Shown piece by piece: positions 19,411 to 29,210 of a DNA stretch of 64,000 bases. Made by a program: the position numbers and the translations under genes. The notes under the pieces are model-generated. The model did not search any database. It worked only from the letters and a program-made list of their open reading frames with translations, and was not told the DNA's origin. Source of the stretch: an uncultured Bacteroidales bacterium (GTDB lineage Bacteria; Bacteroidota; Bacteroidia; Bacteroidales; FEN-979); contig CAIJYT010000092.1 of assembly GCA_903824935.1 (NCBI GenBank), forward strand, positions 13,119-77,118, written 5' to 3'. The first letter of the stretch is position 1, and the number at the start of each line of letters is the position of its first letter.

Positions 19411-22389
19411 CTAACCTGGAAATTCCGGTTTGAACACCACCCCATAGTTCCGTTTGCCGTCGATCTCGATGCGGATGGGTTTTTCAAAACTTACGTGGCG
19501 GATGTATTCGTCTTCGAAAAGGGCGGGTTGGTCGTTTAGGAAATCAAGGTTGTAAAATCCTTCGTTGATGTAGGGATTGATGGTAAAATATCCCACGCGG
19601 AAAGAAGTGAGGTTCTGAAAAAAATGGGTGCCCTGGCTTGGATCAATGCGGTATTTATCCAGTCCCGATTCAACGATGACCCTTGAATTGGAGATCTGCG
19701 GCCAGCGAACCGGTACACCGAGCCAGGGATCGCTGGACCCCCAACGGCCGGGGCCTACCAGAACATAATATTTCTTTTCGGCCTGGAACCAGTCATTCCG
19801 CTTTTCAAGCCTCAGCGCAATCTCCTGTGTTTTCGAGGCATCCCAGGCAGCTGGCTTCACATATACTACATCATGCAAATCTTTGATGATGCCGTTGCCA
19901 AGGGCTGTCGTGGAGATAAGGATGGTGTTATCGTGAGTAACTTTTTCTTCATCTATGTGGATGGTCTGGTCCCTTCCTGCAATAGGCCTGATCTGAAGAA
20001 GGCTGAACACCTTGGGCTCTCCGGGTGGAGAATCAAGGTTTACGGCAAATTCAATTTCCACCGGCTTGTTCATTTCCCTCTGTCCTATCTCAAGCACCTC
20101 CTGCAAAATCTCTGCAAGCGGGAAAGTGCCATGGGTGAGCTGGGGCGAAAAAGTGATCAGGCGTTTTCCCGTATGCATGATCCCTTCCTTGAGCTGGTGG
20201 CTGTCGTAATCGAAAGTGGATGCAACGATTTTAAGCGAAGGATCATTCTCTGCGTCCTTGATCTTGAGCTTCAGAAGGTTTATGGTGTCGTCGGTATCCG
20301 GCGAAAAACTCTCAGGTTTCAGGTCCAGTGCGAAAAAGAATTTCTGGGTCTCGCTCAGGGCCAGTTCGGGCGTTGAAAGCTGCAATATTTTCTTTGGATA
20401 TTTTGGTGAAAACCTCAGTCCGTTGCCTCCGTCTACGATGTATTTCCCCAGTCCGAATGCGATGTTGGCGATGCCGTCCTCCGGCTTTTCAGGGGCAATG
20501 GGATAGAAATTAATAGATCTTGCAACACCCGAAATAGCAGGATAAAACCTTTCATTATACTGTGTGCCTATGACTTCCTGCAGCACCACCCCCATCTTCT
20601 CTTCGTCTATCATATTAAGGGTGGCGGTCATGTATGACTTGCTGTCCTTGAAATATACCGAAGCATATACCATTTTGATTGCTTCTGTGAGGGTTTCTAT
20701 CATCAGCCTTTCATTCGACCTGATATTCGGTATCATGTAGGTGGAATAGATCCCCGCGAATGGCTGGTAATGGGAGTCTTCAAGCAAACTGGACGAGCGG
20801 ATCGCAATTGGGGTATTCACACAGGAAACAAAAGCGTAAAGGTCTTCATGGATGCGGTATGGAAGACGGGCTTTGATAAAGCGTGCGAGAATCTCAGAAT
20901 CCGAGCGATCCGATAAAGCAATCTCATGAAGATTATTCTCTTCCATGAATTCATCGAAAATATCAGTTCCAATCACCACGGTGCGTGGAATCGAAATTAC
21001 CACGTCGGGATATTTGTACGAAAGCCTGTTCCTCTTGATCAGTGAATCGAGAAATGCCAGTCCGCGTGCCTTTCCGCCAATGGATCCCTCGCCTATCCTT
21101 GCAAACTGAAGATATTCATCATACTTTTCCCTGTCAAAATCTGCAATAACACCTTTGGCCTTGTTGATCCTGAAAGCCGTGATGCCTTCAAAGATATAGC
21201 GCTTGGCCTCATCCATGTCGGCAAATTCCGAAAAGGACACTTCCCTGAACATTTCAGCAATGGGGAAAAGGGCGCGTGCATTGAGCCATTTCGAGAAATG
21301 GTTCCTCTGCATATGATATTTCAGGGAGTCATCGGGAATCTCAAAAATCTTGTCCTGCAAATCCTTCAGGTCGATGGCCCTGGTGATTTCCCGCCCGGAA
21401 CGTGGATCAATGAATAAAAAATCACCGAACGAAAAATGTTCATTGATATAATTTCTGAGTTCAAGAGCCAGTGTTTTCGAATTTTTATTAAGAAACCCTG
21501 TCCCCATTTTTTTGGCCAGCTCTTCGTATTCCTCGTCGGTTGACTGAAACAGCACCGGCATGAATTCATCCTCGGCCCTCACTTTCTCAACAAACCTGAT
21601 ACCTGCTTCCTTATCAGTGTCTCCCTGGCGGGGGAAACTGATGTCGGTGATGATCCCAAGCAGGTTGTACTTGTATTTCTCCCAGAGGTTGACAGCCTCC
21701 TCGTAATTGGTGGCCAGCAGGATCTTGCAACGCCCCCTCATCCGCAGCATTTTATTATGCTCATTCAGCCCTTCGGTCATGAAAGTTTTCGACTGCTTGA
21801 GCATAATCTTATACATATTCGGCAGGTAGCTCGAATAAAACCTGATAGAGTCTTCAACAAGCATGATGGCCTGAACACCCTGTTTCACATCCGAAGGCAT
21901 GTTCATTTTATCCTCTATCAGCTTGATAATGGCCAGGAGGATATCGGCATTGCCCAGCCATGAAAACACATAGTCGATGGCGATGAGGTTCTTTTCGGCG
22001 AGTTTGATATTGACCTCCCTTGAGAACGGGGTCAGCACAACGATAGGGATCCTGGGGTATTTATTCTTGATCTGCATCGCGAGGTCGAAGGTATCGGCCT
22101 GCTCGATATTGAGCATGGAGATCACCAGCTCTATACTTTTATCCTCAAGTACTTCGAAAGCTTCCTTTTCGGAAGTCACCTTGATGAATTGGGGCGGATA
22201 ACGAAGGTTGAGCGAAACATACTCCATGAAAATAGTCTCGTCAATCCTTCCGTCCTCTTCCAGCATGAACGAATCGTAGGTACTTGAGATCAGCAGGATC
22301 TGGTAGATCCTGCGTTTCATCATCAGGTTAAATGAAGTGTCGATGAAGTAATACTTCTTCGGGTTTAAAGCGTTTTGCTTAACCTTCAT
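19411..22389 (-). CDS. Receiver-domain + PEP-synthase-like ATP-grasp (PPDK_N) protein, paralog A
   Basis: Receiver motifs LVEDS, IITDISFP, FQST, LNK; ATP-grasp motifs GGKARGL, AIRSSSLLED, FAGIYST, EIEFA, LQIRP; C-terminal GPGRWG and SQGTHFF. Confidence 0.85.
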   Translation of the reverse strand: MKVKQNALNPKKYYFIDTSFNLMMKRRIYQILLISSTYDSFMLEEDGRIDETIFMEYVSLNLRYPPQFIKVTSEKEAFEVLEDKSIELVISMLNIEQADTFDLAMQIKNKYPRIPIVVLTPFSREVNIKLAEKNLIAIDYVFSWLGNADILLAIIKLIEDKMNMPSDVKQGVQAIMLVEDSIRFYSSYLPNMYKIMLKQSKTFMTEGLNEHNKMLRMRGRCKILLATNYEEAVNLWEKYKYNLLGIITDISFPRQGDTDKEAGIRFVEKVRAEDEFMPVLFQSTDEEYEELAKKMGTGFLNKNSKTLALELRNYINEHFSFGDFLFIDPRSGREITRAIDLKDLQDKIFEIPDDSLKYHMQRNHFSKWLNARALFPIAEMFREVSFSEFADMDEAKRYIFEGITAFRINKAKGVIADFDREKYDEYLQFARIGEGSIGGKARGLAFLDSLIKRNRLSYKYPDVVISIPRTVVIGTDIFDEFMEENNLHEIALSDRSDSEILARFIKARLPYRIHEDLYAFVSCVNTPIAIRSSSLLEDSHYQPFAGIYSTYMIPNIRSNERLMIETLTEAIKMVYASVYFKDSKSYMTATLNMIDEEKMGVVLQEVIGTQYNERFYPAISGVARSINFYPIAPEKPEDGIANIAFGLGKYIVDGGNGLRFSPKYPKKILQLSTPELALSETQKFFFALDLKPESFSPDTDDTINLLKLKIKDAENDPSLKIVASTFDYDSHQLKEGIMHTGKRLITFSPQLTHGTFPLAEILQEVLEIGQREMNKPVEIEFAVNLDSPPGEPKVFSLLQIRPIAGRDQTIHIDEEKVTHDNTILISTTALGNGIIKDLHDVVYVKPAAWDASKTQEIALRLEKRNDWFQAEKKYYVLVGPGRWGSSDPWLGVPVRWPQISNSRVIVESGLDKYRIDPSQGTHFFQNLTSFRVGYFTINPYINEGFYNLDFLNDQPALFEDEYIRHVSFEKPIRIEIDGKRNYGVVFKPEFPG

Positions 22390-22423
22390 ATCTTAAGCGG
22401 AAATTTGCACTAAGATAAGGAAA

Positions 22424-22879
22424 TCAATTCTCTTTCAATACCACATCGTCATATTCGATCTCGAATCTCAGCTTATGCCTTGATTCTTCAAGGGCCAGGG
22501 ACAGTAACAACTGTTTTACTTCAGGGTCGTCGGCCTGGCCTGCAAGCACAGTGTACATGCGGAATGCAGCTTTTTCCTTTTTCATGGCAAGGATGAGAGC
22601 CTCCTGGTAATCCATCTTGGGCGAGGGTTTCACGTCGACCAGGTATTCGGTGATCTTAAGATCCCTTACTTTCTCATCGCTCATGCGAAGGGTCCCGTTC
22701 TCTTTTATTTTCATGAGATTGGCTTTATGCCTCATCTCTTCCTCGGCGAATTCGTGGAAGATCTTTTTTGTTTCCTGGCTTTTTGACTGGGCCGCCAGCT
22801 GTAGATAAAAATCGACTGCAGACTGTTCCTCGCCTATAGCGAAATCAAGTATCTCAGTTATGTTTTTGAATTCTTTCAT
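22424..22879 (-). CDS. Ferritin-like (rubrerythrin-type) di-iron protein without rubredoxin domain
   Basis: Two E-x-EExxH repeats (EEEMRH, LEESRH); no C-terminal CxxC. Confidence 0.85.
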   Translation of the reverse strand: MKEFKNITEILDFAIGEEQSAVDFYLQLAAQSKSQETKKIFHEFAEEEMRHKANLMKIKENGTLRMSDEKVRDLKITEYLVDVKPSPKMDYQEALILAMKKEKAAFRMYTVLAGQADDPEVKQLLLSLALEESRHKLRFEIEYDDVVLKEN

Positions 22880-22917
22880 ATGTCGTAGTATGATTATTAA
22901 TCGGTTTTCCTTTTTTT

Positions 22918-23001
22918 AAGTAGCGAAGTAGCGAGGTAGCGAAGTAGCGAAAATGTAAAACCATAATTTCGCTATTTCGCCTTTTCGCTATTTCGCTATT
23001 T
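22918..23001. repeat. TAGCGARR octamer inverted element
   Basis: 4 forward units (22918-22953), 12-nt AT-rich spacer, 4 reverse units (22966-23001); encodes the last residues and stop (IAK*) of the 1233-aa gene. Confidence 0.9.
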
Positions 23002-26000
23002 GTTTTTCAAACTCCTCTTCAAACTTCTTCGTGACTGCATCGCAGCCAAAATTGTATTTATGTTGGTGATTATCTTTTTCGGTGATTTTAAGCTGCAGTT
23101 TTTTCTCATCTTTCTTTTCAGGGAACAAGGTAACAACTTCCATAAAGACATCGATGGGGTTGCTGCTCACTTTGTGTCCAAAGACTTCCAGAAGGGCAGC
23201 CAATTGCTGCAATCCTGTCAGTTCAACTTTTGGCTTCATGCCTGCCTGGAACTGCTGCAAGACCTTCTGGGAATTGGTAAAGGATCCCCCGCTCTCTGCC
23301 GGTAATGAAGCCGGAAGAATAAGATCTGCCTTTGCTGTTGTTGCCGTCATGAAATAATCCTGTACCATCACGAATTCAGTGGCTTTGAATATGGGTTCAA
23401 TATAAGTCGTATCCAGTGCACAGCCCACGGGATCTTCACCAAAGACGAACAGGTTCTTAACCTTGCCGTCCTGGATCTGCCCGTGCAGGCATTCGGTTTC
23501 GGATGAAGCCAGCGCAGAGCTGTTCCACTTCTCCTGAAGCTTTGCAACATAAGTTGCATCTCCCAGTTCCTGTCCGCCAATACCGTAATGAGGGCTAACG
23601 CCCATATCAAACAGTCCTTGCGAATTGTTCTTCTCCCTGATGGAAACGAGCCCGCTGGATGTCTTGCCAAGCTTCCCGGTGATCATGGCCAGGTTGAACA
23701 GTTCTTTTGAAGCTGCGCCCGAGATCTCTTTTTCAGAGAACAGGATCACTGCATTCATCTCTTTATTGTACATCTCGGCAAAGGCCGCAAGTTCGGGTTC
23801 ACTGATTCCTGCCTCCTTTAATAGGTCGCCGAAGTTCAGTGCAAGAAGCTGCTTACGATATGCTTCAAATCCTTCCACCCTGTCTCTCAGGAAGAGTGCA
23901 TTTTCAAGACCTTTCGAAAGAATGTAGTGGTTGACTGCCTTGATAAAATGGTAATAGGATTTGACCTTCAGTTCCTGGTTCACCTTATGAGTAAGACTGT
24001 TGTTCTCCTTCACCGTTACCAGTAACTGGGGGATCTTCTTCAGGTAATGTGCATTCTGGGCCATAAACCCTGCAACTGCATGGTCGCGGTTGATTTCCGT
24101 GCCTATAAAACAGATCAGGCTGGCATTTTTAATCTCATTGAAAGGAACATTATTTTCGCAGTTCCTGCGGTAACTTTCGCCTCTTCCGAGGTAATGGAAA
24201 CTGCCTACGTTATTGGTCTTCACAGCCAGTCTTGCCAGCTTATGAATGAGATACATCTCTTCGTTGGTCAGCCTGGCGCCTCCGAAGAATGCATTCTGTT
24301 CAGGTTTGACTTTCGAAATTTTCTCCTTTATAAGTCCGAAGGCCTTTTCAAAACTGATCTTTTCAAACTTTCCGTTTACTTTCAGCCAGGGAGCTGTGAT
24401 CCTGGATGCGTCGTTCATGAAATTGTAACCGAATTTCGCGAACCTGCATATGTTCCCGTCGGTGTTGACCAGCCCTTTGCGGCCGGTGACCCCGCAGGTA
24501 AACCCGTTGACCGTTTGCAGGTTGATTGCGCAACCCACCGAGCAGTAGGAGCAGATGCTTTCGACAGCCTTTGTTTTCACAGGGCCCGGTTTGAAGATCA
24601 CATTCTCGGTGATTGCTCCCGTGGGACAGGTAGAGATACACATGCCGCAGGATTCGCAATGGGTATCCTGAAGCGAATCACCCATTGCCGGGGCGACATA
24701 GGTATCAAATCCGCGGTTAACGAATCCGAGTGCGTTGGCTCCCACGACCTCCCTGCAAATCCTGATGCAGCGGCCGCAAAGTATACACTTGTTGTTGTCT
24801 ATCTCTATATAAGGATGACGGAAGTCAACCTGGTATTCCCTGAATTCTCCTTCGAAATATTTCTGCTGAGCATTATATTCAGTCGAGTATTTTTGAAGGT
24901 CGCAGTTGAAGAAAGCGATGCAACCGCATTCAAGACAACGCTGAGTCTCATGATGCGCGACTTCGGCTGCGGAATAGCCCAGTTCAACCTCTTTGAAGTT
25001 GAGCCGCTCTGCAGCAGGCATAGTGGGCATTTCCTCGCGAAGCTGTTTCTCAAATTTATCCAGGTAATCCTCAGCCTTTTGTTTTTTGAAATTGTCGCGT
25101 TTGCTGGTGAAAGGCTTTTTCATGGGAACAATGGGATTGCCCATCACAAACTGGTGAGCGCTGTTCGATGCAAGCCTGGCCTGTGCAATGGCTTCAATGA
25201 TGGTTGCAGGTCCTGTTACCCCGTCACCTGCTGCAAACACCGACGGGATGCCGGTTTGCAGGGTGTTCTTGTCGGCGTCAAGGTCTCCCCATTTGTTTAT
25301 TTTAAGTTCCCCGCCGTTGGCATGGGCGTTGATATCTTCGAGGAAATTCACATCGGTCTTCTGCCCTATAGCTGCGAGAATGTAATCCACCTTCAGTTCA
25401 AAATCGGAACCTTCGACCGGAACAGGCCTGCGGCGGCCCGACGCATCGGGTTCTCCAAGCTCCATTTTAATGCAGGTGACCGATTCAACTTCGCCTTTTG
25501 CATTTTTATTGATCTTCTTCGGAAGGGTCAGGAACATGTATTCAACGCCTTCTAGTTTTGATTCGTGGATCTCGATGGGGTTTGCAGGCATTTCCTTTTC
25601 GGTACGGCGGTAGATCACATACACCTTGTCGGCATGGCAGCGGATGGAGGTGCGGCAGCAGTCCATGGCTGTATTCCCGCCACCTACCACGGCAATAGTC
25701 TTGCCTTTGAAATCATATCGTTTGCCTGTTACTTCCATGTTCTTCAGGAAATCAATACCTGAATATACATTCCCTGCATCATCACCTTCGCAGCCCACGC
25801 CTGTCCCCTTCTGGGATCCTATCGTCAGCACCATCGCATCGTATTTTGATTTGATGTCCTTATAGCTGAGGTTGTCGCCGAACCTCTGGTTGTAAAAAAT
25901 ATTTACGCCGAGATCGGTGATATTCTTCACTTCCTTGTCGAGGATATCGTTGGGAAGGCGGTATTCGGGTATGCCGTAACGCAGCCAGCCACCCGGGTTA

Positions 26001-26689
26001 GTGGCGGCTTCATAGATATCGACCTGGTGGCCTTCGATCTGCATGAAGTGACCTACGGATAAGCCTCCTGGGCCTGCGCCTATTACTGCTATTTTTTTGC
26101 CCGTGGATGGCTTCACGGCGGGTTTATACTTATCGGGACTTTCAAGGTCATGATCAGAAGCATAGCGCTTCAGGTAATCGATTCCGACCGGGGCTCCTTC
26201 ATCGAGCAGGTTCCTGCGGCATTCGTTTTCGCAGGGACGAACGCAAACACGGCCGCAGATGGCGGGAAGGGGGTTGGTTTCCTTGATCAGAGCAACTGCA
26301 TCGCTGTACATTCCTTTTTCGATGAGGGAAATGTATCCCTGTACATCAACTCCTGCCGGGCAGGTTTGCTTGCATGGACCAAGACAATCGGCATAGTGGT
26401 TGCTGAGCATAAGCTCAAGCGCCATTTTCCTCGATTTGCGGATGCCTTCATTTTCTGTGATGATCTTCATCCCCTCGGTGATCTTTGTAGAACAGGCGGG
26501 CTGATGGCCGCGCATACCTTCCACTTCAACCACGCATACATAGCATGAGGTGAAAGGTTCAAGACGTTCATCATTGCAAAGGGTGGGTATCTCTATTCCG
26601 TTACGGTTTGCCACCTGAAGAATGGTCTCACCGGGGTAGCCTTTTACGATATTTCCGTTTAAGATGATGTTTAATGAGTTGTCGGACAT
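22988..26689 (-). CDS. Fe-S flavoprotein: 2Fe-2S + GltD-like NADPH domain + Fdh/NuoG-like domain (StnC/SfrA-B-like)
   Basis: IPTLC..CYVCVVE..C; PCKQTCP and CGRVCVRPCE; GAGPGG and GGGNTAMD; CILCGRC and CESCGMC; CSYCSVGC; Mo-ligand region reads NNVGSFHYL (no Cys/Sec). Confidence 0.85.
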   Translation of the reverse strand: MSDNSLNIILNGNIVKGYPGETILQVANRNGIEIPTLCNDERLEPFTSCYVCVVEVEGMRGHQPACSTKITEGMKIITENEGIRKSRKMALELMLSNHYADCLGPCKQTCPAGVDVQGYISLIEKGMYSDAVALIKETNPLPAICGRVCVRPCENECRRNLLDEGAPVGIDYLKRYASDHDLESPDKYKPAVKPSTGKKIAVIGAGPGGLSVGHFMQIEGHQVDIYEAATNPGGWLRYGIPEYRLPNDILDKEVKNITDLGVNIFYNQRFGDNLSYKDIKSKYDAMVLTIGSQKGTGVGCEGDDAGNVYSGIDFLKNMEVTGKRYDFKGKTIAVVGGGNTAMDCCRTSIRCHADKVYVIYRRTEKEMPANPIEIHESKLEGVEYMFLTLPKKINKNAKGEVESVTCIKMELGEPDASGRRRPVPVEGSDFELKVDYILAAIGQKTDVNFLEDINAHANGGELKINKWGDLDADKNTLQTGIPSVFAAGDGVTGPATIIEAIAQARLASNSAHQFVMGNPIVPMKKPFTSKRDNFKKQKAEDYLDKFEKQLREEMPTMPAAERLNFKEVELGYSAAEVAHHETQRCLECGCIAFFNCDLQKYSTEYNAQQKYFEGEFREYQVDFRHPYIEIDNNKCILCGRCIRICREVVGANALGFVNRGFDTYVAPAMGDSLQDTHCESCGMCISTCPTGAITENVIFKPGPVKTKAVESICSYCSVGCAINLQTVNGFTCGVTGRKGLVNTDGNICRFAKFGYNFMNDASRITAPWLKVNGKFEKISFEKAFGLIKEKISKVKPEQNAFFGGARLTNEEMYLIHKLARLAVKTNNVGSFHYLGRGESYRRNCENNVPFNEIKNASLICFIGTEINRDHAVAGFMAQNAHYLKKIPQLLVTVKENNSLTHKVNQELKVKSYYHFIKAVNHYILSKGLENALFLRDRVEGFEAYRKQLLALNFGDLLKEAGISEPELAAFAEMYNKEMNAVILFSEKEISGAASKELFNLAMITGKLGKTSSGLVSIREKNNSQGLFDMGVSPHYGIGGQELGDATYVAKLQEKWNSSALASSETECLHGQIQDGKVKNLFVFGEDPVGCALDTTYIEPIFKATEFVMVQDYFMTATTAKADLILPASLPAESGGSFTNSQKVLQQFQAGMKPKVELTGLQQLAALLEVFGHKVSSNPIDVFMEVVTLFPEKKDEKKLQLKITEKDNHQHKYNFGCDAVTKKFEEEFEKQIAK

Positions 26690-26731
26690 GATGAGTATTA
26701 TTTTCGATGTAATATTTTCAATTGATGTAAA

Positions 26732-26793
26732 ATGTACGATGTACGATGTACGAATTATATTTCGCTACTTCGCTACCTCGCTATTTCGCTACT
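26732..26793. repeat. Mixed-arm element: ATGTACG x3 followed by TTCGCTAY x4
   Basis: atgtacg atgtacg atgtacg (26732-26752), then ttcgctac ttcgctac ctcgctat ttcgctac (26761-26792). Confidence 0.85.
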
Positions 26794-26795
26794 TT

Positions 26796-28586
26796 TTATG
26801 TTAATACGATGCTGCTGAATTTGCATTTGGTGAAGCAGACCCCGCACTTGGTGCAGAGTTCCTGGTTGATGAAGTGTGGTTTTTTGCGTTCTCCGGTGAT
26901 AGCTTTCGAAGGGCAATTCTTCAGGCAGACCAGGCAGCCGGTGCATTTTTCCTGGTCGACTGTATAAGTAAGCAGGGGGCGGCAGACTTTGGCCGGGCAT
27001 TTCTTGTGGAAGATATGAGCCTCATACTCATCCCTGAAATACTTGATGGTGGTGAGAACAGGGTTTGGTGCAGTCTGTCCAAGTCCGCAGAGTGAATTAT
27101 CCTTGATCTGGTAGGCAAGCTCCTCGAGCTTTTCAATATCTCCTTCCCTGCCCTGTGCGTTGGTGATACGCTCAAGTATTTCGAGCATCCTCATCGTGCC
27201 CATGCGGCAGAAAGTGCATTTGCCGCAGCTTTCCTTGCGGGTGAAATCCAGGAAAAATTTGGCTACATCGACCATGCAGGTGGTTTCATCCATTACGACC
27301 ATACCGCCTGAGCCCATGATAGCGCCTGTGGCATTTACCGAATCGTAATCCACAATAGTATCGGAGAGATATTCGGGAATACATCCTCCCGAAGGGCCAC
27401 CAAGCTGAACTGCTTTGAACCTTTTATCATTCTTGATCCCGCCTCCCAGCTTGAAGATCACATCCCTGATGGTCATTCCCATGGGGACTTCAACAAGTCC
27501 CGAACGCCTGATCTTTCCTGCGAGTGCGAAAACCTTGGTGCCCTTGCTTTTCTCTGTGCCGTATTTTGCATACGCGGGAGCGCCGTTAAGTATGATCCAT
27601 GGAACGTTGGCAAAAGTTTCAACATTATTGATGTTGGTAGGTTTCTTCCAGAGCCCTGATGCTGCAGGGAATGGCGGGCGTTTGCGGGGCATGCCGCGTT
27701 CGCCTTCTATGGATGCGATAAGAGCGGTTTCCTCACCGCAAACGAATGCGCCTGCTCCTTCCTTGATGTAAACGTCGAAATCCCATCCTTTGATGCCGAA
27801 TGCATTTTTGCCGAGATATCCTTTTTCATGGGCCTGGCCGATGGCTATGTTAAGCCTCTTGATGGCCAGCGGGTACTCGGCCCTGCAGTATATGACACCA
27901 CCTGTGGCTTCGATTGCATAGGCTGCAATGATCATGCCCTCCAGCACGGAATGCGGGTCGCCTTCAAGCACAGAACGGTCCATGAATGCACCGGGGTCTC
28001 CTTCATCCGCATTACAGATTACATATTTCTGTTCCGATTTATTGGCATTGGCGAATTTCCATTTCATCCCTGTCGAAAATCCACCGCCCCCGCGGCCGCG
28101 TAGCCCCGATTCAAGAATGGTTTTGATGATATCTTCACGGGAGATCTTATCCATCACTATCTTTTTCATGGCAGTATAGCCATGCCGGTGCTCATAATCT
28201 GCAATGGATTCGGGGTCCATATAACCGCAGTTGCGGAGAACGATCTTAACCTGGGAATTGATGAAGTCGTTTTCGGCAGCATCAAACAGATCGGTGTAAA
28301 CTATATAATCCCTGATGGGGTCGTTCTGGTTTATATGCTTCTCTATCACCTCAACAGCGCGGTCTTCATTGATATCGCCATAGAGGTAAGTTCCTGTTTC
28401 ATCGGTGATCTCCACCAGTGGTTCCCGATAGCACATCCCGACGCAGGAAGTCTTATGCAATTCGAATGCAAGGTTTTCCTGTTCCTTTAAAGCTTTTATT
28501 TTTTCATAGGTCTTATGAGCTCCAGCTGCGATGCCGCAACTTCCCAGACCGACTGTTACTGTAGTCATCATAACTTTTTCTCTCAA
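26796..28586 (-). CDS. HydB/NuoF-like NAD(H)/FMN-binding subunit (StnB-like)
   Basis: N-terminal thioredoxin-like 2Fe-2S domain; GRGGGGF, NADEGDPGAFMDR, GAGAFVCGEETAL, ESCGKCTFCR, SLCGLG; C-terminal 2x[4Fe-4S]; start uncertain (TTG 28586 or ATG 28571). Confidence 0.92.
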   Translation of the reverse strand: MREKVMMTTVTVGLGSCGIAAGAHKTYEKIKALKEQENLAFELHKTSCVGMCYREPLVEITDETGTYLYGDINEDRAVEVIEKHINQNDPIRDYIVYTDLFDAAENDFINSQVKIVLRNCGYMDPESIADYEHRHGYTAMKKIVMDKISREDIIKTILESGLRGRGGGGFSTGMKWKFANANKSEQKYVICNADEGDPGAFMDRSVLEGDPHSVLEGMIIAAYAIEATGGVIYCRAEYPLAIKRLNIAIGQAHEKGYLGKNAFGIKGWDFDVYIKEGAGAFVCGEETALIASIEGERGMPRKRPPFPAASGLWKKPTNINNVETFANVPWIILNGAPAYAKYGTEKSKGTKVFALAGKIRRSGLVEVPMGMTIRDVIFKLGGGIKNDKRFKAVQLGGPSGGCIPEYLSDTIVDYDSVNATGAIMGSGGMVVMDETTCMVDVAKFFLDFTRKESCGKCTFCRMGTMRMLEILERITNAQGREGDIEKLEELAYQIKDNSLCGLGQTAPNPVLTTIKYFRDEYEAHIFHKKCPAKVCRPLLTYTVDQEKCTGCLVCLKNCPSKAITGERKKPHFINQELCTKCGVCFTKCKFSSIVLT

Positions 28587-28609
28587 TTAATGATGGATAA
28601 TTATCAATT

Positions 28610-28692
28610 AAGTAGCGAGGTAGCGAGGTAGCGAAGTAGCGAAATTTTATTATTTGTTTTCGCTATTTCGCTATTTCGCCATTTCGCTATTT
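28610..28692. repeat. TAGCGARR octamer inverted element
   Basis: 4 forward units (28610-28645), AT-rich spacer, 4 reverse units (28657-28692) abutting the HydC-like stop. Confidence 0.9.
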
Positions 28693-29209
28693 AGTTTTGT
28701 TCAGCTAACTTGATATTCTTGATTATCCTGACTGCTTCGTTACCGGTAAGCTTGCCGTAGGTCTGATCGCCTATCATCATGACCGGTGCAAGGGAACAGC
28801 AGCCCAGGCAGGCTACTGATTCCAGGGTATAAAAGCGGTCTTCGGTGGTTTCACCGTCCTTTACTTTGAGCATTTCTTCAATGGCTTCGGTGATCTCCTT
28901 GGCGTTCTGCACATGGCAGGCTGTTCCGTGGCAAACCTTGATGATATGCTTTCCAACGGGTTTCAGCCTGAACTGGGCATAAAACGTGGCGACGCCGAAC
29001 ATATCGCCCAGGGGTATGCCGCATTCGGAGCTGATCTTCTCAAATACAGGCCTGGGGATAAACCCGAAAAGTTCCTGGGCCCCCTGCAGCAATGGGATAA
29101 GGTTCCCTTTTTTTCCTTTGTTCTTTTCAATCAGAGGTTCGAGCAGCCTCAGGTCAACATCCTCTTCGGCATTCTCAGTCTTCTTTGTGGTTAATCGTGT
29201 GATTCGCAT
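28691..29209 (-). CDS. HydC/NuoE-like 2Fe-2S subunit (StnA-like)
   Basis: LIPLLQ, VATFYAQF, VCHGTACHV and ACLGCCSLAP motifs. Confidence 0.93.
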   Translation of the reverse strand: MRITRLTTKKTENAEEDVDLRLLEPLIEKNKGKKGNLIPLLQGAQELFGFIPRPVFEKISSECGIPLGDMFGVATFYAQFRLKPVGKHIIKVCHGTACHVQNAKEITEAIEEMLKVKDGETTEDRFYTLESVACLGCCSLAPVMMIGDQTYGKLTGNEAVRIIKNIKLAEQN

Positions 29210-29210
29210 T

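Noticed and set aside
19411..22389. ppsA (PEP synthase) gene symbol
   Set aside because: The pyruvate-binding C-terminal barrel is absent and receiver domains are fused at the N-terminus
22918..23001. CRISPR array interpretation of the tandem repeats
   Set aside because: Units are 7-8 nt, contiguous, with no unique spacers and no cas genes
24047..25555. 502-aa plus-strand ORF (also 32048-32995 and many shorter antisense ORFs)
   Set aside because: Lies wholly antisense to a motif-rich gene and has no recognisable motifs; a shadow ORF
22988..26689. Formate dehydrogenase, [FeFe]-hydrogenase or complex I (Nuo) call
   Set aside because: No Mo-ligand Cys/Sec, no H-cluster motifs and no membrane Nuo subunits; a GltD-like module is fused instead
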